Shown: positions 23,300 through 36,700 of the stretch, in pieces
Layout: every line of letters begins with the position of its first letter
Numbering within the stretch: the stretch's first letter is position 1
Source: Eledone cirrhosa
Lineage: Eukaryota
Length of the DNA stretch: 64,000 bases
Assembly (NCBI GenBank): GCA_964016885.1
Contig: OZ024741.1
Span: 246,760,001 to 246,824,000 of the forward strand
Direction: 5' to 3'
Made by a program: the position numbers and the translations under genes
The notes under the pieces: model-generated
Database searches by the model: none
Seen by the model: only the letters and a program-made list of their open reading frames with translations
Told to the model about the DNA's origin: nothing

Positions 23300-24900
23300 C
23301 CCCCTGATTTTTTTTTACAAATTATCTCCCCCTGATTTTTTTTTACAAATTATCTCCCCCTGATTTTTTTTTACAAATTATCTCCCCCTAATTTTTTTTT
23401 ACAAATTATCTCCCCCTAATTTTTTTACAAATTATCTCCCCTTGGCTGGCTGGAAATTATCTCCCCTTGGAGGCTGGAACTTATCTCCCCTTGGACGGCT
23501 AGAAATTACGTCTCCTTGGACGGCTGGAAAATATGTCTCCTTGGACGGCTGGATATTATCTCCCCTTGGACGGCTGGAAATTATCTCCCCTTGGACGGCT
23601 GGAAATTATCTCCCCTTGGATGGCTAGATATTACCTCCCCTTGGACGGCTGGAAATTATCTCCCCTTGATTTTTTTTACAAATTATCTCCCCCTGATTTT
23701 TTTTTACAAATTATCTCCCCCTGATTTTTTTTACAAATTATCTCCCCCTGATTTTTGTTTACAAATTATCTCCGCCTGATTTTTTTAAAAAAATTATCTC
23801 CCCTTGGACGGCTGGAAATTATCTCCCCTTGGACGGCTAGAAATTACCTCTCCTTGGACGGCTGAAAATTATCTCCCCTTGGACGGCTGGAAATTATCTC
23901 CCCTTGATTTTTTTACAAATTATCTCCCCCTGATTTTTTTTTACAAATTATCTCCCCCTGATTTTTTTTTACAAATTATCTACCCCTGATTTTTTTTTAC
24001 AAATTATCTCCCCCTGATTTTTTTTACAAATTATCTCCCCCTGATTTTTTTTTACAAATTATCTCCCCCTGATTTTTTTACAAATTATCTCCCTCTGATT
24101 TTTTTTACAAATTATCTCCGCCTGATTTTTTTAAATATTATCTCTCCTTGGCTGGCGGGAAATTATCTCCCCTTGGACGGCTGGAAATTATCTCCCCTTG
24201 GAAGGATGGAAATTATCTCCCCTTGGACGGCTGGAAATTATCTACCCCTGATTTTTTTTACAAATTATCTCCCCCTGATTTTTTTACAAATTATCTCCCC
24301 CTGATTTTTTTTACAAATTATCTCCGCCTGATTTTTTTAAATGTTATCTCTCCTTGGCTGGCGGGAAATTATCTCCCCTTGGACGGCTGGAAATTATCTC
24401 CCCTTGGAAGGATGGAAATTATCTCCCCTTGGACGGCTGAAAATTATCTACCCCTGATTTTTTTTACAAATTATCTCCCCCTGATTTTTTTTACAAATTA
24501 TCTCCCCCTGATTTTTTTTACAAATTATCTACCCCTGATTTTTTTTACAAATTATCTCCCCCTGATTTTTTTTACAAATTATCTCCCCCTGATTTTTTTT
24601 TTACAAATTATCTCCCCCTGATTTTTTTACAAATTATCTCCCCCTGATTTTTTTTTTACAAATTATCTCCCCCTGATTTTTTTACAAATTATCTCCCCTT
24701 GGCTGGCTGGAAATTATCTCCCCTTGGAGGCTGGAACTTATCTCCCCTTGGACGGCTAGAAATTACCTCTCCTTGGACGGCTGGAAAATATGTCTCCTTG
24801 GACGGCTGGATATTATCTCCCCTTGGACGGCTGGAAATTATCTCCCCTTGGACGGCTGGAAATTATCTCCCCTTGGATGGCTAGATATTACCTCCCCTTG
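23300..24900 (+). repeat. ~1.6 kb segment duplicated at ~39100-40700
   Basis: Offset 15,798/15,799 (23516/39314, 23804/39603, 24148/39946, 24699/40497). Shared CCCTAATTT pair, TTACGTCTCC and CCCTCTGA variants. Confidence 0.82.
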
Positions 24901-27900
24901 GACGGCTGGAAATTATCTCCCCTTGATTATTTTTACAAATTATCTCCCCCTGATTTTTTTTTACAAATTATCTCCCCCTGATTTTTTTTTACAAATTATC
25001 TCCCCCTGATTTTTTTTTTAAAATTATCTCCCCCTGATTTTTGTTTACAAATTATCTCCGCCTGATTTTTTTTTAAAAATTATCTCCCCTTGGACGGCTG
25101 GAAATTATCTCCCCTTGGACGGCTGGAAATTATATCTCCTTGGACGGCTAGAATTTACCTCTCCTTGGACGGCTGAAAATTATCTCCCCTTGGACGGCTG
25201 GAAATTATCTCCCCTTGATTTTTTTTACAAATTATCTCCCCCTGATTTTTTTTTACAAATTATCTCCCCCTGATTTTTTTTTACAAATTATTTCCGCCTG
25301 ATTTTTTTTACAAATTATCTCCGCCTGATTTTTTTAAATATTATCTCTCCTTGGCTGGCGGGAAATTATCTCCCCTTGGACGGCTGGAAATTATCTCCCC
25401 TTGGAAGGATGGAAATTATCTCCCCTTGGACGGCTGGAAATTATCTACCCCTGATTTTTTTTACAAATTATCTCCCCCTGATTTTTTTACAAATTATCTC
25501 CCCCTGATTTTTTTTACAAATTATCTCCGCCTGATTTTTTTAAATGTTATCTCTCCTTGGCTGGCGGGAAATTATCTCCCCTTGGACGGCTGGAAATTAT
25601 CTCCCCTTGGAAGGATGGAAATCATCTCCCCTTGGACGGCTGAAAATTATCTACCCCTGATTTTTTTTACAAATTATCTCCCCCTGATTTTTTTTACAAA
25701 TTATCTCCCCCTGATTTTTTTTACAAATTATCTACCCCTGATTTTTTCTACAAATTATCTCCCCCTGATTTTTTTTACAAATTATCTCCCCCTGATTTTT
25801 TTTTTACAAATTATCTCCCCCTGATTTTTTTACAAATTATCTCCCACTGATTTTTTTTTTACAAATTATCTCCCCCTGATTTTTTTACAAATTATCTCCC
25901 CCTGATTTTTTTTACAAATTATCTCCCCCTGATTTTTTTTTACAAATTATCTCCCCCTGATTTTTTTTTACAAATTATCTCCCCCTGATTTTTTTACAAA
26001 TTATCTCCCCCTGATTTTTTTACAATCTCCGCCTGATTTTTTAAAAAATTATCTTCCCTTGGCTGGCGGGAAATTATCTCCCCTTGGACGGCTGGAAATT
26101 ATCTCCCCTTGGAAGGATGGAAATTATCTCCGCTTGGACGGCTGGAAATTATCTCCCCTTGCACGGCTGGAAATTATAGCCCCTTGGAGGGCTGGAAATT
26201 ATCTCCCCTTGATATTTTTTACAAATTATCTCCCCCTGATTTTTTTTTCAAATTATCTCCCCCTGATTTTTTTTACAAATTATCTCCCCCCTGATTTTTT
26301 TACAAATTATCTCCCCTTGGCTGGCTGGAAATTATCTCCCCTTGGAGGCTGGAACTTATCTCCCCTTGGACGGCTAGAAATTACCTCTCCTTGGACGGCT
26401 GGAAAATATGTCTCCTTGGACGGCTGGATATTATCTCCCCTTGGACGGCTGGAAATTATCTCCCCTTGGACGGCTGGAAATTATCTCCCCTTGGATGGCT
26501 AGATATTACCTCCCCTTGGACGGCTGGAAATTATCTCCCCTTGATTTTTTTTACAAATTATCTCCCCCTGATTTTTTTTTAAAAATTATCTCCCCCTGAA
26601 TTTTGTTTACAAATTATCTCCGCCTGATTTTTTTTTTAAAATTATCTCCCCTTGGACGGCTGGAAATTATCTCCCCTTGGACGGCTGGAAATTATATCTC
26701 CTTGGACGGCTAGAATTTACCTCTCCTTGGACGGCTGAAAATTATCTCCCCTTGGACGGCTGGAAATTATCTCCCCTTGATTTTTTTTACAAATTATCTC
26801 CCCCTGATTTTTTTTTACAAATTATCTCCCCCTGATTTTTTTTTACAAATTATCTCCCCCTGATTTTTTTTTACAAATTATTTCCGCCTGATTTTTTTTA
26901 CAAATTATCTCCGCCTGATTTTTTTAAATATTATCTCTCCTTGGCTGGCGGGAAATTATCTCCCCTTGGACGGCTGGAAATTATCTCCCCTTGGAAGGAT
27001 GGAAATTATCTCCCCTTGGACGGCTGGAAATTATCTACCCCTGATTTTTTTTACAAATTATCTCCCCCTGATTTTTTTACAAATTATCTCCCCCTGATTT
27101 TTTTTACAAATTATCTCCGCCTGATTTTTTTAAATGTTATCTCTCCTTGGCTGGCGGGAAATTATCTCCCCTTGGACGGCTGGAAATTATCTCCCCTTGG
27201 AAGGATGGAAATCATCTCCCCTTGGACGGCTGAAAATTATCTACCCCTGATTTTTTTTACAAATTATCTCCCCCTGATTTTTTTTACAAATTATCTCCCC
27301 CTGATTTTTTTTACAAATTATCTACCCCTGATTTTTTCTACAAATTATCTCCCCCTGATTTTTTTTACAAATTATCTCCCCCTGATTTTTTTTTTACAAA
27401 TTATCTCCCCCTGATTTTTTTACAAATTATCTCCCACTGATTTTTTTTTTACAAATTATCTCCCCCTGATTTTTTTACAAATTATCTCCCCTTGGCTGGC
27501 TGGAAATTTTCTCCCCTTGGAGGCTGGAACTTATCTCCCCTTGGACGGCTAGAAATTACCTCTCCTTGGACGGCTGGAAAATATGTCTCCTTGGACGGCT
27601 GGATATTATCTCCCCTTGGACGGCTGGAAATTATCTCCCCTTGGACGGCTGGAAATTATCTCCCCTTGGATGGCTAGATATTACCTCCCCTTGGACGGCT
27701 GGAAATTATCTCCCCTTGATTTTTTTTACAAATTATCTCCCCCTGATTTTTTTTTACAAATTATCTCCCCCTGATTTTTGTTTACAAATTATCTCCGCCT
27801 GATTTTTTAAAAAAAATTATCTCCCCTTGGACGGCTGGAAATTATCTCCCCTTGGACGGCTAGAAATTACCTCCTTGGACGGCTGAAAATTATCTCCCCT

Positions 27901-30780
27901 TGGACGGCTGGAAATTATCTCCCCTTGATTTTTTTACAAATTATCTCCCCCTGATTTTTTTTTACAAATTATCTCCCCCTGATTTTTTTTTACAAATTAT
28001 CTCCCCCTGATTTTTTTTTACAAATTATCTACCCCTGATTTTTTTTTACAAATTATCTCCCCCTGATTTTTTTTACGAATTATCTCCCCCTGATTTTTTT
28101 TTACAAATTATCTCCCCCTGATTTTTTTAAATGTTATCTCTCCTTGGCTGGCGGGAAATTATCTCCCCTTGGACGGCTGGAAATTATCTCCCCTTGGAAG
28201 GATGGAAATTATCTCCCCTTGGACGGCTGAAAATTATCTACCCCTGATTTTTTTTACAAATTATCTCCCCCTGATTTTTTTACAAATTATCTCCGCCTGA
28301 TTTTTTTAAATGTTATCTCTCCTTGGCTGGCGGGAAATTATCTCCCCTTGGACGGCTGGAAATTATCTCCCCTTGGAAGGATGGAAATTATCTCCCCTTG
28401 GACGGCTGAAAATTATCTACCCCTAACTTTTTTTACAAATTATCTCCCCCTGATTTTTTTTACAAATTATCTCCCCCTGATTTTTTTTACAAATTATCTA
28501 CCCCTGATTTTTTTTACAAATTATCTCCCCCTGATTTTTTTTACAAATTATCTCCCCCTGATTTTTTTTTACAAATTATCTCCCCCTGATTTTTTTTTTA
28601 CAAATTATCTCCCCCTGATTTTTTTACAAATTATCTCCCCCTGATTTTTTTTACAATCTCCGCCTGATTTTTTAAAAAATTATCTTCCCTTGGCTGGCGG
28701 GAAATTATCTCCCCTTGGACGGCTGGAAATTATCTCCTCTTGGAAGGATGGAAATTATCTCCCCTTGGACGGCTGGAAATTATCTCCCCTTGCACGGCTG
28801 GAAATTATAGCCCCTTGGAGGGCTGGAAATTATCTCCCCTTGATATTTTTTACAAATTATCTCCCCTTGGCTGGCTGGAAATTATCTCCCCTTGGAGGCT
28901 GGAACTTATCTCCCCTTGGACGGCTAGAAATTACCTCTCCTTGGACGGCTGGAAAATATGTCTCCTTGGACGGCTGGATATTATCTCCCCTTGGACGGCT
29001 GGAAATTATCTCCCCTTGGACGGCTGGAAATTATCTCCCCTTGGATGGCTAGATATTACCTCCCCTTGGACGGCTGGAAATTATCTCCCCTTGATTATTT
29101 TTACAAATTATCTCCCCCTGATTTTTTTTTACAAATTATCTCCCCCTGATTTTTTTTTACAAATTATCTCCCCCTGATTTTTTTTTAAAAATTATCTCCC
29201 CCTGATTTTTGTTTACAAATTATCTCCGCCTGATTTTTTTTTAAAAATTATCTCCCCTTGGACGGCTGGAAATTATCTCCCCTTGGACGGCTGGAAATTA
29301 TATCTCCTTGGACGGCTAGAATTTACCTCTCCTTGGACGGCTGAAAATTATCTCCCCTTGGACGGCTGGAAATTATCTCCCCTTGATTTTTTTTACAAAT
29401 TATCTCCCCCTGATTTTTTTTTACAAATTATCTCCCCCTGATTTTTTTTTACAAATTATCTCCCCCTGATTTTTTTTTACAAATTATTTCCGCCTGATTT
29501 TTTTTACAAATTATCTCCGCCTGATTTTTTTAAATATTATCTCTCCTTGGCTGGCGGGAAATTATCTCCCCTTGGACGGCTGGAAATTATCTCCCCTTGG
29601 AAGGATGGAAATTATCTCCCCTTGGACGGCTGGAAATTATCTACCCCTGATTTTTTTTACAAATTATCTCCCCCTGATTTTTTTACAAATTATCTCCCCC
29701 TGATTTTTTTTACAAATTATCTCCGCCTGATTTTTTTAAATGTTATCTCTCCTTGGCTGGCGGGAAATTATCTCCCCTTGGACGGCTAGAAATTACCTCT
29801 CCTTGGACGGCTGAAAATTATCTCCCCTTGGACGGCTGGAAATTATCTCCCCTTGATTTTTTTACAAATTATCTCCCCCTGATTTTTTTTTTACAAATTA
29901 TCTCCCCCTGATTTTTTTTTACAAATTATCTACCCCTGATTTTTTTTTACAAATTATCTCCCCCTGATTTTTTTTACGAATTATCTCCCCCTGATTTTTT
30001 TTTACAAATTATCTCCCCCTGATTTTTTTAAATGTTATCTCTCCTTGGCTGGCGGGAAATTATCTCCCCTTGGACGGCTGGAAATTATCTCCCCTTGGAA
30101 GGATGGAAATTATCTCCCCTTGGACGGCTGAAAATTATCTACCCCTGATTTTTTTTACAAATTATCTCCCCCTGATTTTTTTACAAATTATCTCCGCCTG
30201 ATTTTTTTAAATGTTATCTCTCCTTGGCTGGCGGGAAATTATCTCCCCTTGGACGGCTGGAAATTATCTCCCCTTGGAAGGATGGAAATTATCTCCCCTT
30301 GGACGGCTGAAAATTATCTACCCCTGATTTTTTTTACAAATTATCTCCCCCTGATTTTTTTTACAAATTATCTCCCCCTGATTTTTTTTACAAATTATCT
30401 ACCCCTGATTTTTTTTACAAATTATCTCCCCCTGATTTTTTTTACAAATTATCTCCCCCTGATTTTTTTTTACAAATTATCTCCCCCTGATTTTTTTTTT
30501 ACAAATTATCTCCCCCTGATTTTTTTACAAATTATCTCCCCCTGATTTTTTTTACAATCTCCGCCTGATTTTTTAAAAAATTATCTTCCCTTGGCTGGCG
30601 GGAAATTATCTCCCCTTGGACGGCTGGAAATTATCTCCTCTTGGAAGGATGGAAATTATATCCCCTTGGACGGCTGGAAATTATCTCCCCTTGCACGGCT
30701 GGAAATTATAGCCCCTTGGAGGGCTGGAAATTATCTCCCCTTGATATTTTTTACAAATTATCTCCCCCTGATTTTTTTTT

Positions 30781-33700
30781 CAAATTATCTCCCCCTGATT
30801 TTTTTTACAAATTATCTCCCCCCTGATTTTTTTACAAATTATCTCCCCTTGGCTGGCTGGAAATTATCTCCCCTTGGAGGCTGGAACTTATCTCCCCTTG
30901 GACGGCTAGAAATTACCTCTCCTTGGACGGCTGGAAAATATGTCTCCTTGGACGGCTGGATATTATCTCCCCTTGGACGGCTGGAAATTATCTCCCCTTG
31001 GACGGCTGGAAATTATCTCCCCTTGGATGGCTAGATATTACCTCCCCTTGGACGGCTGGAAATTATCTCCCCTTGATTATTTTTACAAATTATCTCCCCC
31101 TGATTTTTTTTTACAAATTATCTCCCCCTGATTTTTTTTACAAATTATCTCCCCCTGATTTTTTTTTTAAAATTATCTCCCCCTGATTTTTGTTTACAAA
31201 TTATCTCCGCCTGATTTTTTTTTAAAAATTATCTCCCCTTGGACGGCTGGAAATTATCTCCCCTTGGACGGCTGGAAATTATATCTCCTTGGACGGCTAG
31301 AATTTACCTCTCCTTGGACGGCTGAAAATTATCTCCCCTTGGACGGCTGGAAATTATCTCCCCTTGATTTTTTTTACAAATTATCTCCCCCTGATTTTTT
31401 TTTACAAATTATCTCCCCCTGATTTTTTTTTACAAATTATTTCCGCCTGATTTTTTTTACAAATTATCTCCGCCTGATTTTTTTAAATATTATCTCTCCT
31501 TGGCTGGCGGGAAATTATCTCCCCTTGGACGGCTGGAAATTATCTCCCCTTGGAAGGATGGAAATTATCTCCCCTTGGACGGCTGGAAATTATCTACCCC
31601 TGATTTTTTTTACAAATTATCTCCCCCTGATTTTTTTACAAATTATCTCCCCCTGATTTTTTTTACAAATTATCTCCGCCTGATTTTTTTAAATGTTATC
31701 TCTCCTTGGCTGGCGGGAAATTATCTCCCCTTGGACGGCTGGAAATTATCTCCCCTTGGAAGGATGGAAATCATCTCCCCTTGGACGGCTGAAAATTATC
31801 TACCCCTGATTTTTTTACAAATTATCTCCCCCTGATTTTTTTTACAAATTATCTCCCCCTGATTTTTTTTACAAATTATCTACCCCTGATTTTTTCTACA
31901 AATTATCTCCCCCTGATTTTTTTTACAAATTATCTCCCCCTGATTTTTTTTTTACAAATTATCTCCCCCTGATTTTTTTACAAATTATCTCCCACTGATT
32001 TTTTTTTTACAAATTATCTCCCCCTGATTTTTTTACAAATTATCTCCCCTTGGCTGGCTGGAAATTTTCTCCCCTTGGAGGCTGGAACTTATCTCCCCTT
32101 GGACGGCTAGAAATTACCTCTCCTTGGACGGCTGGAAAATATGTCTCCTTGGACGGCTGGATATTATCTCCCCTTGGACGGCTGGAAATTATCTCCCCTT
32201 GGACGGCTGGAAATTATCTCCCCTTGGATGGCTAGATATTACCTCCCCTTGGACGGCTGGAAATTATCTCCCCTTGATTTTTTTTACAAATTATCTCCCC
32301 CTGATTTTTTTTACAAATTATCTCCCCCTGATTTTTTTTTACAAATTATCTCCCCCTGATTTTTGTTTACAAATTATCTCCGCCTGATTTTTTAAAAAAA
32401 ATTATCTCCCCTTGGACGGCTGGAAATTATCTCCCCTTGGACGGCTAGAAATTACCTCCTTGGACGGCTGAAAATTATCTCCCCTTGGACGGCTGGAAAT
32501 TATCTCCCCTTGATTTTTTTACAAATTATCTCCACCTGATTTTTTTTTTACAAATTATCTCCCCCTGATTTTTTTTTACAAATTATCTACCCCTGATTTT
32601 TTTTTACAAATTATCTCCCCCTGATTTTTTTTACAAATTATCTCCCCTGATTTTTTTTTACAAATTATCTCCCCCTGATTTTTTTACAAATTATCTCCCC
32701 CTGATTTTTTTTACAAATTATCTCCGCCTGATTTTTTTAAATATTATCTCTCCTTGGCTGGCGGGAAATTATCTCCCCTTGGACGGCTGGAAATTATCTC
32801 CCCTTGGAAGGATGGAAATTATCTCCCCTTGGACGGCTGGAAATTATCTACCCCTGATTTTTTTTACAAATTATCTCCCCCTGATTTTTTTTACAAATTA
32901 TCTCCCCCTGATTTTTTTTTACAAATTATCTACATCTGATTTTTTTACAAATTATCTCCCCTTGGCTGGCTGGAAATTATCTCCCCTTGGACGGCTAGAA
33001 ATTACCTCTCCTTGGACGGCTGAAAATTATCTCCCCTTGGACGGCTGGAAATTATCTCCCCTTGATTTTTTTACAAATTATCTCCCCCTGATTTTTTTTT
33101 TACAAATTATCTCCCCCTGATTTTTTTTTACAAATTATCTACCCCTGATTTTTTTTTACAAATTATCTCCCCTTGATTTTTTTTACAAATTATCTCCCCC
33201 TGATTTTTTTTTACAAATTATCTCCCCCTGATTTTTTTTTACAAATTATCTCCCCCTGATTTTTGTTTACAAATTATCTCCGCCTGATTTTTTTAAAAAA
33301 ATTATCTCCCCTTGGACGGCTGGAAATTATCTCCCCTTGGACGGCTAGAAATTACCTCTCCTTGGACGGCTGAAAATTATCTCCCCTTGGACGGCTGGAA
33401 ATTATCTCCCCTTGATTTTTTTACAAATTATCTCCCCCTGATTTTTTTTTTACAAATTATCTCCCCCTGATTTTTTTTTACAAATTATCTACCCCTGATT
33501 TTTTTTTACAAATTATCTCCCCCTGATTTTTTTTTACGAATTATCTCCCCCTGATTTTTTTTTACAAATTATCTCCCCCTGATTTTTTTAAATGTTATCT
33601 CTCCTTGGCTGGCGGGAAATTATCTCCCCTTGGACGGCTGGAAATTATCTCCCCTTGGAAGGATGGAAATTATCTCCCCTTGGACGGCTGAAAATTATCT

Positions 33701-36700
33701 ACCCCTGATTTTTTTTACAAATTATCTCCCCCTGATTTTTTTACAAATTATCTCCGCCTGATTTTTTTAAATGTTATCTCTCCTTGGCTGGCGGGAAATT
33801 ATCTCCCCTTGGACGGCTGGAAATTATCTCCCCTTGGAAGGATGAAAATTATCTCCCCTTGGACGGCTGAAAATTATCTACCCCTGATTTTTTTTACAAA
33901 TTATCTCCCCCTGATTTTTTTTACAAATTATCCCCCCCTGATTTTTTTTACAAATGATCTACCCCTGATTTTTTTTACAAATTATCTCCCCCTGATTTTT
34001 TTTACAAATTATCTCCCCCTGATTTTTTTTTACAAATTATCTCCCCCTGATTTTTTTTTACAAATTATCTCCCCCTGATTTTTTTACAAATTATCTCCCC
34101 CTGATTTTTTTTACAATCTCCGCCTGATTTTTTAAAAAATTATCTTCCCTTGGCTGGCGGGAAATTATCTCCCCTTGGACGGCTGGAAATTATCTCCCCT
34201 TGGAAGGATGGAAATTATCTCCCCTTGGACGGCTGGAAATTATCTCCCCTTGCACGGCTGGAAATTATAGCCCCTTGGAGGGCTGGAAATTATCTCCCCT
34301 TGATATTTTTTACAAATTATCTCCCCCTGATTTTTTTTTCAAATTATCTCCCCCTGATTTTTTTTACAAATTATCTCCCCCCTGATTTTTTTACAAATTA
34401 TCTCCCCTTGGCTGGCTGGAAATTATCTCCCCTTGGAGGCTGGAACTTATCTCCCCTTGGACGGCTAGAAATTACCTCTCCTTGGACGGCTGGAAAATAT
34501 GTCTCCTTGGACGGCTGGATATTATCTCCCCTTGGACGGCTGGAAATTATCTCCCCTTGGACGGCTGGAAATTATCTCCCCTTGGATGGCTAGATATTAC
34601 CTCCCCTTGGACGGCTGGAAATTATCTCCCCTTGATTTTTTTTACAAATTATCTCCCCCTGATTTTTTTTTACAAATTATCTCCCCCTGATTTTTTTTTA
34701 AAAATTATCTCCCCCTGATTTTTGTTTACAAATTATCTCCGCCTGATTTTTTTTAAAAAATTATCTCCCCTTGGACGGCAGGAAATTATCTCCCCTTGGA
34801 CGGCTGGAAATTATATCTCCTTGGACGGCTAGAATTTACCTCTCCTTGGACGGCTGAAAATTATCTCCCCTTGGACGGCTGGAAATTATCTCCCCTTGAT
34901 TTTTTTTACAAATTATCTCCCCCTGATTTTTTTTTACAAATTATCTCCCCCTGATTTTTTTTTACAAATTATCTCCCCCTGATTTTTTTTTACAAATTAT
35001 CTCCCCCTAATTTTTTTACAAATTATCCCCCCTTGGCTGGCTGGAAATTATCTCCCCTTGGAGGCTGGAACTTATCTCCCCTTGGACGGCTAGAAATTAC
35101 GTCTCCTTGGACGGCTGGAAAATATGTCTCCTTGGACGGCTGGATATTATCTCCCCTTGGACGGCTGGAAATTATCTCCCCTTGGACGGCTGGAAATTAT
35201 CTCCCCTTGGATGGCTAGATATTACCTCCCCTTGGACGGCTGGAAATTATCTCCCCTTGATTTTTTTTACAAATTATCTCCCCCTGATTTTTTTTACAAA
35301 TTATCTCCCCCTGATTTTTTTTTACAAATTATCTCCCCCTGATTTTTGTTTACAAATTATCTCCGCCTGATTTTTTTAAAAAAATTATCTCCCCTTGGAC
35401 GGCTGGAAATTATCTCCCCTTGGACGGCTAGAAATTACCTCTCCTTGGACGGCTGAAAATTATCTCCCCTTGGACGGCTGGAAATTATCTCCCCTTGATT
35501 TTTTTACAAATTATCTCCCCCTGATTTTTTTTTACAAATTATCTCCCCCTGATTTTTTTTTACAAATTATCTACCCCTGATTTTTTTTTACAAATTATCT
35601 CCCCCTGATTTTTTTTACAAATTATCTCCCCCTGATTTTTTTTTACAAATTATCTCCCCCTGATTTTTTTACAAATTATCTCCCCCTGATTTTTTTTACA
35701 AATTATCTCCGCCTGATTTTTTTAAATATTATCTCTCCTTGGCTGGCGGGAAATTATCTCCCCTTGGACGGCTGGAAATTATCTCCCCTTGGAAGGATGG
35801 AAATTATCTCCCCTTGGACGGCTGGAAATTATCTACCCCTGATTTTTTTTACAAATTATCTCCCCCTGATTTTTTTACAAATTATCTCCCCCTGATTTTT
35901 TTTACAAATTATCTCCGCCTGATTTTTTTAAATGTTATCTCTCCTTGGCTGGCGGGAAATTATCTCCCCTTGGAGGCTGGAACTTATCTCCCCTTGGACG
36001 GCTAGAAATTACCTCTCCTTGGACGGCTGGAAAATATGTCTCCTTGGACGGCTGGATATTATCTCCCCTTGGACGGCTGGAAATTATCTCCCCTTGGACG
36101 GCTGGAAATTATCTCCCCTTGGATGGCTAGATATTACCTCCCCTTGGACGGCTGGAAATTATCTCCCCTTGATTTTTTTTACAAATTATCTCCCCCTGAT
36201 TTTTTTTTACAAATTATCTCCCCCTGATTTTTTTTTACAAATTATCTCCCCCTGATTTTTGTTTACAAATTATCTCCGCCTGATTTTTTTAAAAAAATTA
36301 TCTCCCCTTGGACGGCTGGAAATTATCTCCCCTTGGACGGCTAGAAATTACCTCTCCTTGGACGGCTGAAAATTATCTCCCCTTGGACGGCTGGAAATTA
36401 TCTCCCCTTGATTTTTTTACAAATTATCTCCCCCTGATTTTTTTTTTACAAATTATCTCCCCCTGATTTTTTTTTACAAATTATCTACCCCTGATTTTTT
36501 TTACAAATTATCTCCCCCTGATTTTTTTTACAAATTATCTCCCCCTGATTTTTTTTTACAAATTATCTCCCCCTGATTTTTTTACAAATTATCTCCCCCT
36601 GATTTTTTTTACAAATTATCTCCGCCTGATTTTTTTAAATATTATCTCTCCTTGGCTGGCGGGAAATTATCTCCCCTTGGACGGCTGGAAATTATCTCCC

